Shown here piece by piece: positions 1-9,113 of a stretch of DNA of 64,000 nt. The stretch is from positions 147,755 to 211,754 of the forward strand of contig OZ246408.1 of NCBI GenBank assembly GCA_965231015.1, in the 5' to 3' direction. Under the pieces are notes generated by a model. It was given only the letters and a program-made list of their open reading frames with translations. It was not told where the DNA came from and made no database searches. Made by a program: the position numbers and the translations under genes. This stretch comes from an uncultured Gammaproteobacteria bacterium (lineage in GTDB: Bacteria; Patescibacteriota; Patescibacteriia; UBA9934; CAZDDW01). How positions within the stretch are numbered: the stretch's first letter is position 1; the number at the start of each line of letters is the position of its first letter.

Positions 1-2837
1 CTCCGAAGGGAGATTATGTTTTTTATGATGGGCCACCGTTTGCTACCGGACTCCCGCACTACGGGCATATTGTGGCCAGTATATTGAAAGACGTGGTGCC
101 ACGCTACTGGACCATGAAGGGTTACCGCGTGGAACGCGTTTGGGGTTGGGATTGTCATGGTTTGCCGATTGAGAACATCGTTGAAAAGGAAATGGGCTCT
201 AAGAGTAAGGCTGACATTGAAGCGGCTGGTGTGGGTGAGTTTAATGAAAGTTGTCGAACCAAGGTTTTAAAGTATGTTGAGGATTGGAAAGTGGTGATCC
301 GCCGGCTGGGTCGTTGGGTTAACATGGATGACGCTTATAAAACTATGGACCTCGGTTACATGGAGTCGATCTGGTGGGTCTTTAAACAGCTTTATGATAA
401 GGGCTTGATTTATGAAGGCCACCGTTCCATGCATGTTTGTCCGCGTTGTGAGACTACACTTTCGCAATCCGAAGTAGCAGAGGGTTACCGAAACGTCAAA
501 GATTTGTCAGCCACGGTCAAGCTCGAGATCGTGGATGAACCGGGGACATCGGTTCTTGCTTGGACCACGACGCCTTGGACATTAATTGGCAACGTGGCTT
601 TGGCTGTCGGTAAAAATATTGATTATGTGAAGGTTGAATTAGTGACAAAAGATGGGGTTCCATCAAAACATGTAGTTAATTCTACTGGTGATGGTCAGAT
701 TCGTCGTGTTAACGTAGAAAATTTTATTCTGGCAAAAGACCGTCTCGAAGAAGTTTTTGGTGACTATGACTATAACATAATAGATGAGTTCAAAGGAAAG
801 AAACTCGTCGGCAAGAGCTATAAACCGTTGTTTTATTATTACGCTAATGATGAGAGTCTTGAAAACCGCAAGAATGGTTGGCAGATTTACGCGGCTAACT
901 TTGTTTCAACTGAAGAAGGAACCGGTGTGGTGCACATTGCACCTGGCTTTGGTGAAGACGACATGCAGCTTGGAGTTGAAAAAAACTTGCCATTTATTCA
1001 ACATGTAAAACTAAACGGTGACTTTGCTGATGAGGTAACTGATTTTAAAGGCCTTAACGTTAAACCAGCCGACGACAGAATGGCGACCGATGTAGAAATC
1101 ATTAAGTGTTTGGCCGGTAAAGGAACCCTGTTTGCCAAGGCTAAGTATGAACACAGCTATCCGCACTGTTGGCGGTGCGATACTCCGCTTTTGAACTATG
1201 CCACGTCTAGCATGTTTGTGGCGGTCACTAAAATGAAGGACGAACTATTAAAGAAAGCCAAGGAAATCAATTGGTCACCGGAACATATTAAGGACGGTCG
1301 GTTTGGTAAGTGGCTCGAAGGCGCGCGCGACTGGTCAATTTCTCGTCAGCGTTATTGGGCGAGTGTAATTCCGATTTGGTGCTGTGAATGTGGAAAAAAG
1401 AAAGTGATTGGATCCGTGACTGAGCTCGAGGAGTTGTCAGGAACTAAAGTAACTGACTTGCACAAGCATGTCGTGGATGAAATCACGTTTCCGTGTCAGT
1501 GCGGTAAGACCATGCACCGCGTGCCGGACGTTTTGGACTGTTGGTTTGAGTCGGGTAGTATGCCGTACGCGCAAATGCATTATCCGTTTGAGAACAAAGA
1601 GAAGTTCGAAAATAATTTTCCGGCCGAGTATATTGCTGAAGGGGCTGACCAAACCCGTTGTTGGTTTTACTACTTGCACGTGCTTTCAACCGGAGTGATG
1701 AATAAAACCGCCTATAAGAACGTTATTGTGAATGGAATCGTGTTGGCAGAAGACGGGAAGAAGATGGCCAAGAAGTTGCAGAACTATCCTGACCCAAGTT
1801 TGATTTTTGACCAGTACGGAGCAGACGCTTTACGTTATTACTTGTGCACGTCCCCGGTGATGCGAGCCGATACACTTTGTTTTGCCGAACGTGAAGTAGA
1901 TGAGGTGGTTAAGAAGGTGTTGAACATGGTTTCGAATGTGAATCGGTTCTATCAGCAGTACGAAGGCAAGCTCGAGCTGTTGGACGAACCAAATTCTGAC
2001 AATGTACTCGATGCCTGGATTTTAGCTCGGCTCAATGAACTTGTAGCTGAAACAACTCAAGGAATGGATAATTACGATTTGGTGGCTGCGGCTCGACCAG
2101 TTCGAGACTTTATCGATGACCTTTCAACCTGGTGGTTGCGCCGTAGTCGAAATCGATTCAAGACTGAAGGGTTTGATGCTCAAGCTGCTGTAACAAATTT
2201 GCGTTACGTGTTGCTTGAACTTTCTAAGGTCATGGCTCCATTCATACCGTTTACCGCGGAAATGATTTATCAGGACGTAAACGGTCCGGCTGAATCAGTG
2301 CATCTTGATGAGTGGCCAGAAGTAAATGGTCAGTTTGAGGCCGAAGAGGTTTTGAAGAATATGGAAGAGGTACGGCGAGTCGTGAGTGAGGGATTGCAAG
2401 TTCGCGAGAAGACAGGAATTGCGGTGAAGCAAGCTTTGAATTTGATGAAAGTAAGTGGTGCTCGGGATCTTGAGGACGAATATTTGGCTTTGATCGCAGA
2501 AGAAGTGAATGTAAAACAGGTCTTAATTGATCCGTCCGGAGATTTTGGGGTTGAACTTGATACTGAAATTACACCAGAGCTGGCGCGCGAAGGTTTGGCT
2601 CGTGAAATCGTACGCAAGGTAAATGGAATGCGTAAGGAAGCTGAGCTGACGATTGAAGATAAAATCGAACTGTACGTCTTTGGGGAGGATGAAGTGATGA
2701 AGACGTTGACCGAGCATGGTGAGGCGATCCAGTCTGGTACCATCGCCATTAGTTTACATGAAGAAAAACCAAGCACAGCTAACGCTACCGAGTTCAAAGT
2801 GGGAGACGTTACAGTTTGGGTTGGGTTTAAGCATTAA
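1..2837 (+). CDS. ileS: isoleucyl-tRNA synthetase, 5'-truncated by window edge (frame continues upstream from position 3: ...PPFATGLPHYGHI HIGH motif)
   Basis: Class I aaRS motifs: HYGH(I), GWDCHGLPIE, KMAKK (KMSKS variant). About 920 aa. The reading frame is open to the window start. Confidence 0.9.
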   Translation, partial: PKGDYVFYDGPPFATGLPHYGHIVASILKDVVPRYWTMKGYRVERVWGWDCHGLPIENIVEKEMGSKSKADIEAAGVGEFNESCRTKVLKYVEDWKVVIRRLGRWVNMDDAYKTMDLGYMESIWWVFKQLYDKGLIYEGHRSMHVCPRCETTLSQSEVAEGYRNVKDLSATVKLEIVDEPGTSVLAWTTTPWTLIGNVALAVGKNIDYVKVELVTKDGVPSKHVVNSTGDGQIRRVNVENFILAKDRLEEVFGDYDYNIIDEFKGKKLVGKSYKPLFYYYANDESLENRKNGWQIYAANFVSTEEGTGVVHIAPGFGEDDMQLGVEKNLPFIQHVKLNGDFADEVTDFKGLNVKPADDRMATDVEIIKCLAGKGTLFAKAKYEHSYPHCWRCDTPLLNYATSSMFVAVTKMKDELLKKAKEINWSPEHIKDGRFGKWLEGARDWSISRQRYWASVIPIWCCECGKKKVIGSVTELEELSGTKVTDLHKHVVDEITFPCQCGKTMHRVPDVLDCWFESGSMPYAQMHYPFENKEKFENNFPAEYIAEGADQTRCWFYYLHVLSTGVMNKTAYKNVIVNGIVLAEDGKKMAKKLQNYPDPSLIFDQYGADALRYYLCTSPVMRADTLCFAEREVDEVVKKVLNMVSNVNRFYQQYEGKLELLDEPNSDNVLDAWILARLNELVAETTQGMDNYDLVAAARPVRDFIDDLSTWWLRRSRNRFKTEGFDAQAAVTNLRYVLLELSKVMAPFIPFTAEMIYQDVNGPAESVHLDEWPEVNGQFEAEEVLKNMEEVRRVVSEGLQVREKTGIAVKQALNLMKVSGARDLEDEYLALIAEEVNVKQVLIDPSGDFGVELDTEITPELAREGLAREIVRKVNGMRKEAELTIEDKIELYVFGEDEVMKTLTEHGEAIQSGTIAISLHEEKPSTANATEFKVGDVTVWVGFKH

Positions 2838-2903
2838 AATCCGAAATCAGAATATCGAAATCCGAAACGTTTTGAATTTCTTATTTCGTGCTTTGAGTTT
2901 ATT

Positions 2904-3761
2904 ATGTTGGATCGTCAGAATTGCTTATTAATAGTTCCCGTGAATGACGAGGAAGCCTTTTTGATTGCCGAGATTGGAGAGAAGATTGGGATGCAAGTGT
3001 ATCGGTCGAGTCAAGAACATGGCGCGAAGTTAGAAGATGAAACAGGGATTATGGATGTTCTTGAATGTAGGGGCGAACGGCCGTTCGCCCATGTGATCAT
3101 TGTAGAAATGCCGGGGGTTGAGATCGAGAAAAGGATAAAGGATAAAGGACGATTTTTGCATATCATTGACCATCACCAGTACAACGATTTAGACCGGGCT
3201 CATGATAAAGACGGGAATGCTCTGCCAAGTTCACTGCACCAGTTCCTCGAGCTTGCAGAGATATCGGACTCTGAACTCGAGCAACTCGGTTACGATCCGC
3301 GACTGGTTCACGGAATCGGATATTGGGATGCTGGATATTTTTGGGGGTTGTTGGACGCTGGGTACTCGCGCGAGGAGATTGACCGGGTGGAGGAATATAA
3401 GAATGAACTCGGGGCGAAGATTCCTGGGCGGTTGCCGAGTAAGGAGGCTCGTGATGTGGCCGAGAAGGCTTGGAAGGCCAGGGAAGCTTGGAAGGACTTT
3501 CAGATCGTAGTGTCGGATGATCCGGATACATACATTCGTTCGTTGGTTTCTCGGTTGAGCGCTCGGGAGTACTGGAAACCCATGCCAATGATCATTGTTG
3601 AACGAGCCGGAAAGAGGATTTATGTTCAGGAATCACCTCGAACTCGAGATTTGTTTGAGCATTTTGGAGGGTTCACCTTTGGCTCGGACCGGAATTGGGG
3701 GTATGATAATGAGGAGGAGGTAAGAATAACGTTGGGGAGAGTAAAAGAATTTTTAAAATGA
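2904..3761 (+). CDS. hypothetical protein (contains a DHH tripeptide; no confident family)
   Basis: 285-aa ORF with host-like GC. It contains the 24-bp palindrome gtaggggcgaacggccgttcgccc at 3063-3086, encoding ECRGERPFAH. Confidence 0.5.
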   Translation: MLDRQNCLLIVPVNDEEAFLIAEIGEKIGMQVYRSSQEHGAKLEDETGIMDVLECRGERPFAHVIIVEMPGVEIEKRIKDKGRFLHIIDHHQYNDLDRAHDKDGNALPSSLHQFLELAEISDSELEQLGYDPRLVHGIGYWDAGYFWGLLDAGYSREEIDRVEEYKNELGAKIPGRLPSKEARDVAEKAWKAREAWKDFQIVVSDDPDTYIRSLVSRLSAREYWKPMPMIIVERAGKRIYVQESPRTRDLFEHFGGFTFGSDRNWGYDNEEEVRITLGRVKEFLK

Positions 3762-3762
3762 T

Positions 3763-5016
3763 ATGTCAGAAAGAGAAGGATACAAACCAAATATTGAAAA
3801 AATTGAGCACGGTGATCAAACAGAGCTTGGTCGCAGGTTAAAGGATGTTAAGGATAACCAAGAGTTAGTTAATGAGTTAGTAAAGCTGCGAGGTTCAGGG
3901 GAGATTAATGATTTGTCTCCGTCCGAACAGCGTGATCTGATAGATCGGGTTGTGGCTTGGTATTCGGAAAATTTGACTCAAGGAAAGGTTGATGGCTTTG
4001 ATGGTGCGATTATGGTCAATGGTCTATTTATGCCTTCCCGGCGTTCATACAAAGATAAGGATATTTTGGATGAGTATGCTAGCATGATGCCTGAAATATG
4101 GCTTCAATATCCCGAAGCTGCTCGCGAGTTATCTAATTTATTAGATCAAGATGCCCAGGTGGTTAACCCTGATGTGTATTTGGAATCTTTGGGAAAAATT
4201 TTTCGACAGCCGGGTCTGCCGCCTGATGCACTAACAGGTGCCGTGGCCGGTTTATCTTATCAGGCGAGTTTCGGTTTGATGCCTTTTCTTGAAAAAAGAA
4301 TGGACAATCTTGACGAGTTAGAGGTGGAGCAAGCCTCTTCTTTACTGTCTGTGTTAAACGCCACGTCTTCATACGGAGAAAATTTTGGTTTTTCAGAACA
4401 GTCAGCAGAGAAAATGGAAAGTATGTTGGAAGAGTTTCCTGAAAAAACCAACTCGGCTTTGTTAAAACGAAAGGCCGAGGCTATTTTGGAACAACGGTCT
4501 TCTGGGGGTGGTTTGCGATTTGATACTGAAGATATTCGAAATTGGATGGCTAATGATCGGGATACCTTTGATTATATTGATGAAGATAGGATTGAGGAGA
4601 TGTCGGACGATGAGCTATGTGATGAATTTGAATATGTTTTTAATCAAACTGCACATATTTTTCGTGAATACCTAATTGATAAAAAACGTGTGAAAATGGA
4701 ATCCCCGTATGGCACTGACCAGATTGATATTCACAGGTTGCAGCGGAGTAATGTTGGCGTGGTTCCAGTATCAAAAGAATACTACGGAGTTTATGATCTC
4801 AACGGTAAACTTATTGGCATGTTGAATAAAGAAAATGAAAAAGAAGTATATCAAGCCGAAGAGATGATTCATTTCGGTGATTTACCGATGATCGGTATTT
4901 CAGATGATTTGAATAGTGAGCAACGTGAGTATCGAATGCAGGCTCAACGAGATTATTCCATGTTGTTGGACAATAACCTCTTGGATGGTTTAGAAAAGAT
5001 TACTGTTTTTCAGTAA
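3763..5016 (+). CDS. hypothetical protein
   Basis: 417-aa ORF tightly packed after the upstream gene. No recognisable motif. Confidence 0.5.
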   Translation: MSEREGYKPNIEKIEHGDQTELGRRLKDVKDNQELVNELVKLRGSGEINDLSPSEQRDLIDRVVAWYSENLTQGKVDGFDGAIMVNGLFMPSRRSYKDKDILDEYASMMPEIWLQYPEAARELSNLLDQDAQVVNPDVYLESLGKIFRQPGLPPDALTGAVAGLSYQASFGLMPFLEKRMDNLDELEVEQASSLLSVLNATSSYGENFGFSEQSAEKMESMLEEFPEKTNSALLKRKAEAILEQRSSGGGLRFDTEDIRNWMANDRDTFDYIDEDRIEEMSDDELCDEFEYVFNQTAHIFREYLIDKKRVKMESPYGTDQIDIHRLQRSNVGVVPVSKEYYGVYDLNGKLIGMLNKENEKEVYQAEEMIHFGDLPMIGISDDLNSEQREYRMQAQRDYSMLLDNNLLDGLEKITVFQ

Positions 5017-5048
5017 GAGAATTAAGTACTCGAGAACAGATTTGGTTT

Positions 5049-6062
5049 ATGGCTTCACTTCGAGAAATTTCACCAAAGGAAGAAAAAGAAATCATGGAAT
5101 TTACAAAAAAATACGGCCTGGATGGAGCCCGGACTTTTCTTTCTTGTGAATACGGAGATGAATTCAGAGACACTGTTTTAAAGATTGATGAACGCATGGA
5201 CCGGGAAACCGCAGAATTGGTCTTTGCTCGGTATGGAGAGGTGGTGCAAGCGGCGCAAAATGTGGTTTCTGAAATAGAGGATTATCTTGGCTCGTCTGCC
5301 AAGGAGCAACTTGATCCGACCAAGTTGGAACAGAAGCTACTAGAAAAAGCCAAGGATTTTTTGGTTGATGTATCGGCTCAAGATTCTAAAAGGTTAGACG
5401 ATAAACTGAAAAGTTTTACTGCTGACGTGCAGCTTTTTGGAAATATTTTCAGAAGCTTGTTCAAAGGAAAGGAAAACCCGGATCTATCGATGGTTAAAAA
5501 TGTCGAGGTGGTCAGCCGGGAGGCGCAAGAAATCGATCAGAAGGACCAAGCAGCCATGCTCGATATTGCTGACAAGAACTGGCAAGAGATTCCGCGTATG
5601 CATGATTTTGTGGTCGGGTTGTTAAAGAAAAGCGTGGAAAATCCCAAGGAAGGTTCTGAGTTTAAGATTATGAAAAAAGATAATGACGTTCTGGCTTTTA
5701 TGCGGGTGGACAAGGGAGAAGATGGGTCAGCTCATATTGGATCCGTCAATGTGAATCCGAAATACCGCGGTTCAGCCATTGGTGAAGTCATGCTTAATCA
5801 GGCCGTGGAGCAGTTGGCAGCAGATCATGTAGTTAAACTTGAGGCTTATCCTGGTTCTTTGATTACGGTGGTTTACTGTGAAAAGTTTGGTTTTGTGGTG
5901 GATGGGGTGCATGAGATTCCGGTCGAAGGTGATGAACCGTTGTATGGATTCAACATGAAGCGAGATAATAAAGCGAATGAAAAGTATACAGCTCGAGCAG
6001 AACAGTTGGATCCTGAAAAACTGGTCAAGTTATCACAGAAACCAAACGAGGCCAAAAGTTAG
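5049..6062 (+). CDS. hypothetical protein with C-terminal GNAT N-acetyltransferase domain
   Basis: C-terminal YRGSAIGEVMLNQAV, a GNAT motif A-like pattern (R/Q-x-x-G-x-G/A). Confidence 0.55.
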   Translation: MASLREISPKEEKEIMEFTKKYGLDGARTFLSCEYGDEFRDTVLKIDERMDRETAELVFARYGEVVQAAQNVVSEIEDYLGSSAKEQLDPTKLEQKLLEKAKDFLVDVSAQDSKRLDDKLKSFTADVQLFGNIFRSLFKGKENPDLSMVKNVEVVSREAQEIDQKDQAAMLDIADKNWQEIPRMHDFVVGLLKKSVENPKEGSEFKIMKKDNDVLAFMRVDKGEDGSAHIGSVNVNPKYRGSAIGEVMLNQAVEQLAADHVVKLEAYPGSLITVVYCEKFGFVVDGVHEIPVEGDEPLYGFNMKRDNKANEKYTARAEQLDPEKLVKLSQKPNEAKS

Positions 6063-6149
6063 GCCTTGAGATTAAGAAATTTGATTTACGAAAGGTTTAC
6101 GATGAAATGATTGCCTCGGTTAAGGCAGAAACGGAAGAAGGAGAAGTGG

Positions 6150-6968
6150 CTAGCCGGTTGTTTGCTGATCCGAATGATCCTGATTCTCGAGTTGTGGTTT
6201 TTGAGAAGGCAAGTTAGAACAAGTAAACAATGCTTTAATGGTTGAGCGCATGGTTTTAGCCAAGCTCGGACTTTCAATAATCACGGCAATCATATTTTCG
6301 TGATCCATAAAGGCAACATTGTTTCCAAAAACACTAATATCCCCGGTAAAGGGGTATTTTTGTTCATCAATGACTGAAGCCTGACGCAGTTCAGACTGAC
6401 TTCGGCTCATCATTTCGGATACTCGTTTACTTGAGGAGCTCATCACAGCGAAAACCGGAATTTGGGCGGCAACGCGCTGTTTTAAATACGAGCCACGTAA
6501 CCACTTGAGCAGTGTGGTTTCTTGAGCTGGCGGGCCGATTAAGCTGTAAATCGGCTGGCCGGTTTTAAGAATGGTTTGGTACACCTCTTTCATGCCGCTG
6601 ACCCCTTCAAAGACTCGAAAAGCCGGTTTTTTGGTAATTAAGTTGAAATGGCTCTTTAGGGAAGGAAGAGTAGAATCGAGCTGGGAATATAAATTTTGCA
6701 CAGATTCAAGCCGGGCTTTAGCTAAACCACGCAAACGCTCCGGATCAACTGCTCGAAAGACAGTCTTTTTGCCAGTTTCTTCAATAACCAGCCCTTTTTC
6801 TTTTAAAGACGTTAAAACATTATAGGTATTGCCGCGGCCTAAATCAGTGAGTTTTACGAGTTCTGCTGCTGGTTTTGGTCCATATTCAAGCAAAACCTCG
6901 TATATTTGAACTTCTGAGCTGTTTAGACCAAGCTCTAAAAGGATAGGGAAATGGATTTCATGAGGCAT
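6150..6968 (-). CDS. TrmB-family transcriptional regulator
   Basis: N-terminal winged HTH ELGLNSSEVQIYEVLLEYGPKPAAELVKLTDLGRGNTYNVLTSLKEKGLV, typical of TrmB (PF01978). Confidence 0.7.
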   Translation of the reverse strand: MPHEIHFPILLELGLNSSEVQIYEVLLEYGPKPAAELVKLTDLGRGNTYNVLTSLKEKGLVIEETGKKTVFRAVDPERLRGLAKARLESVQNLYSQLDSTLPSLKSHFNLITKKPAFRVFEGVSGMKEVYQTILKTGQPIYSLIGPPAQETTLLKWLRGSYLKQRVAAQIPVFAVMSSSSKRVSEMMSRSQSELRQASVIDEQKYPFTGDISVFGNNVAFMDHENMIAVIIESPSLAKTMRSTIKALFTCSNLPSQKPQLENQDHSDQQTTG

Positions 6969-6981
6969 ATGGAGGGAGAAG

Positions 6982-7005
6982 GTAAAAGGTAAAGGGTAAA
7001 AGGGG
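6982..7005. repeat. purine-rich tract ggtaaaaggtaaagggtaaaagg; complementary to the pyrimidine-rich tract at 7376-7401 across the Avd-like gene
   Basis: Direct reading of the sequence. A related pair occurs at 9173-9188 and 9207-9234. Confidence 0.7.
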
Positions 7006-7086
7006 CTAAGTTTGCTGGGATTTTCTTAGGGCGGCAAGGGAAATCCAGAGTTGTTCGGTTAAAGCTCGAGTTTCGTTCCAGGAAGT

Positions 7087-7362
7087 TTAAGTGATGTATC
7101 CCTGATTAAGGGCGATTTTTAAGCAGGCGTCGGTTTCTGTTAGTGAGCCAAGAGCAATATTGAGAAAGCGTACGAATTCGGGTTTGGTGTTTCTGGAGCT
7201 CTCTTCAGCTAAATTAAGGTAAATTGAGATTGAAGCCCGGCGAATTTGGCTCGTTAGACCGAATTTTTCCTCGTCCGGAAAGCCTTTACTTAGGGAATAC
7301 ACTTGATTGACATAGTCTAAAATGACCTGGTTAACCCTTAGTTGTTCATATCGAAATTCCAT
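7087..7362 (-). CDS. four-helix-bundle protein of the Avd / 23S-rRNA-intervening-sequence protein family
   Basis: 91 aa. Sequence EFRYEQLRVNQVILDYV...FGLTSQIRRASISIYLNLAEE...FVRFLNIALGSLTETDACLKIALNQGY matches the four-helix-bundle family (TIGR02436/PF05635). No rRNA is present in the window. Confidence 0.7.
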   Translation of the reverse strand: MEFRYEQLRVNQVILDYVNQVYSLSKGFPDEEKFGLTSQIRRASISIYLNLAEESSRNTKPEFVRFLNIALGSLTETDACLKIALNQGYIT

Positions 7363-7375
7363 ATTTTGATTTCTT

Positions 7376-7401
7376 TTACCTCTTTCCTTTTTCCCTTTAC
7401 C
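7376..7401. repeat. pyrimidine-rich tract ttacctctttcctttttccctttacc; partner of 6982-7005
   Basis: In the minus-strand mRNA it becomes a purine-rich 5'UTR that can pair with the pyrimidine-rich 3'UTR, enclosing the ORF in a long stem. Confidence 0.6.
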
Positions 7402-7499
7402 ATCATAATATCATGAAAACGTCACTTAGTCAATGACAGGAGCTGTGGATAAGTCTGGGCTAAAATAAGCCAATTTTGAGGAATAGTGCCACTGACCCC

Positions 7500-7528
7500 T
7501 TGACAAGTTTTGTGTTTTGTGCTATACT
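7500..7528 (+). promoter_or_regulatory. sigma70-type promoter TTGACA-N17-TGcTATACT
   Basis: ccccTTGACAagttttgtgttttgtgcTATACTgg with an extended -10. It is divergent from the Avd-like gene. Confidence 0.7.
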
Positions 7529-7534
7529 GGTGTT

Positions 7535-7725
7535 AACAAGATGAGAAAAGGAAACGAAGAGCCTGGACTCATCAAGTACCTTCAAGAACAATATAGAGCG
7601 AGAGAGCCCGAGCCTGGGGTTATAAGGCATAAGTGAATGGATACATTTATAGATTGATAGATGTATACATTGACTAGACGGATTTAATTATCTCTTGCCG
7701 AGTTAGTTAGATCCGTCTTTTTTAT
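7535..7725 (+). ncRNA. small RNA module copy 1 (promoter-to-terminator, ~190 nt), unclassified
   Basis: It ends in a rho-independent terminator: gacggatttaattatctcttgccgagttagttagatccgtc followed by tttttt. It shares the motifs agagagccc(g/t)..ggg and tgtatacattga with copy 2. No conserved ORF. Confidence 0.55.
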
Positions 7726-8468
7726 AAGACAACAGTTCATTACTAGCATTTACGAATATCCGCAGTGATGACCGGCCCGGTCGGGCACGACAACCGACAG
7801 CGAGGCCATACGGAGGAGCGAGAGAGATCACCACGAATATGCGTAAGTGCATCTTACAAACCCAACTTCATGGGTTCTAACGAGTGCGCTACGCCTGGGA
7901 TCCCCAATCGGGTCGAGCCCAAGCGGAGCAGTCCTTAGAACCAGAGAGGATCAAGCGAGAGACAGAAAAACCTCTATTCGCGGGAAGTACCTTACAATTG
8001 AATACCAAATCGAAGAAGCAGGATGTAGATAAACGAACGAGAGAGATCTCTTGTCTAGGTTCTGCTTCCAGAGATCATGGATTCTAAAGTTATCCAAAAG
8101 GAAACTGTGGAGCATGACTCAATACATAACAGTGAAGTCGGGTCAGGGATTAATTACCAATCGTGATCTTATTATATAGATCGGCCTAGCGATCCGACTT
8201 CAATACTTTTTATGAATACAATTCTATTATCAACTTACATTCCTTTCATGATGGTCGTGGGAACGGTCAGTGTGGTTGGAGCGTGAGTCTTCCATAGCTC
8301 GCAAGGGAGAGAGCTTGCGAGTCTTGGAAGCCTCTGAATCAGATCCGTTATGACGGATCTGATTCAGGGAGAACGCTGCGAGGAAATGATTCTTCGCAGT
8401 GGATTAAAACGGTGCCCGTATGGGCGTTGGTGGCGTAATGCTACAACGGCCTTGAGGGGCTGCCGCAA

Positions 8469-8492
8469 AGCGTAGGGGCGAACGGCTGTTCG
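8469..8492. repeat. near-perfect 24-bp palindrome gtaggggcgaacggctgttcgccc (second copy of the 3063-3086 element)
   Basis: It differs by one base from the copy inside ORF 2904..3761. It sits about 10 bp upstream of the SD of the first GC-rich ORF. Confidence 0.8.
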
Positions 8493-8503
8493 CCCTGGAG
8501 GAG

Positions 8504-9040
8504 ATGACGATGACGACGACCACGACGAAGACAACGAAGACGACGAAGACGACGACGACGGCGCTGCCGCCGATTTCTCGACCGGCGGAGCGGCTGGAGG
8601 CCCTGCGGGGTCGTCTGATCTCGACACCCCGTGGTCCGTCCACGGGGATCGACCTCGGCCATGGCCGTCAGGTCCTGACGGAGGTCGTGTCCGTCCGACA
8701 AACGGACGGAGAGCTGGTCACCGGCCGTGATGCCCGTCACGGCCGGACCGTGCCGCTCGCGCGGCACATCGAATTCCTCCGTCGCAAGATCGCGGCGGAG
8801 AAGAAGCAGGCGGCAGCAGGCCGCCGCGGCCAGCAGGTCACTCGCCGCCGGCCGGGCAAGACCGCCCGTCGGCGGGAAGCGGCCGCCGCGGCCCGTCGCG
8901 AGGCAGAGGCCAAGGCAGAGGCCAAGGCCGCCGCGGCCCGTCGCGAGGCCGCGGAGCAGGCGGCCCGCGAGGCGGGCTGGAACTCGGCCGCGGAGCAGGC
9001 CGAGTGGGAGGTCCTCCTCACAGAAGAGCAGGCCGCCTAG
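8504..9040 (+). CDS. hypothetical protein, GC-rich island ORF 1
   Basis: Strong SD ggaggag before ATG. N-terminal Thr/Lys triplet repeat (MTMTTTTTKTTKTTKTT), Arg/Ala-rich coiled-coil-like C-terminus. GC ~68%. Confidence 0.5.
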   Translation: MTMTTTTTKTTKTTKTTTTALPPISRPAERLEALRGRLISTPRGPSTGIDLGHGRQVLTEVVSVRQTDGELVTGRDARHGRTVPLARHIEFLRRKIAAEKKQAAAGRRGQQVTRRRPGKTARRREAAAAARREAEAKAEAKAAAARREAAEQAAREAGWNSAAEQAEWEVLLTEEQAA

Positions 9041-9113
9041 CCCGCCCCCCTGATCCGTGCTTACGGGGCGATTGAAGCACGGCGGCCAAGGGACCGTTTC
9101 CCTCGCACTCGAA

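Noticed and set aside
6960-8500. 23S rRNA intervening-sequence context for the four-helix-bundle gene
   Set aside because: I looked for 16S/23S universal motifs (for example GTGCCAGCAGCCGCGGTAA, AAACTCAAAGGAATTGACGG, GGATGCCTTGGC) on both strands across 7-9 kb and 14.5-16 kb and found none. The gene is therefore interpreted as Avd-like rather than rRNA-IVS-borne.
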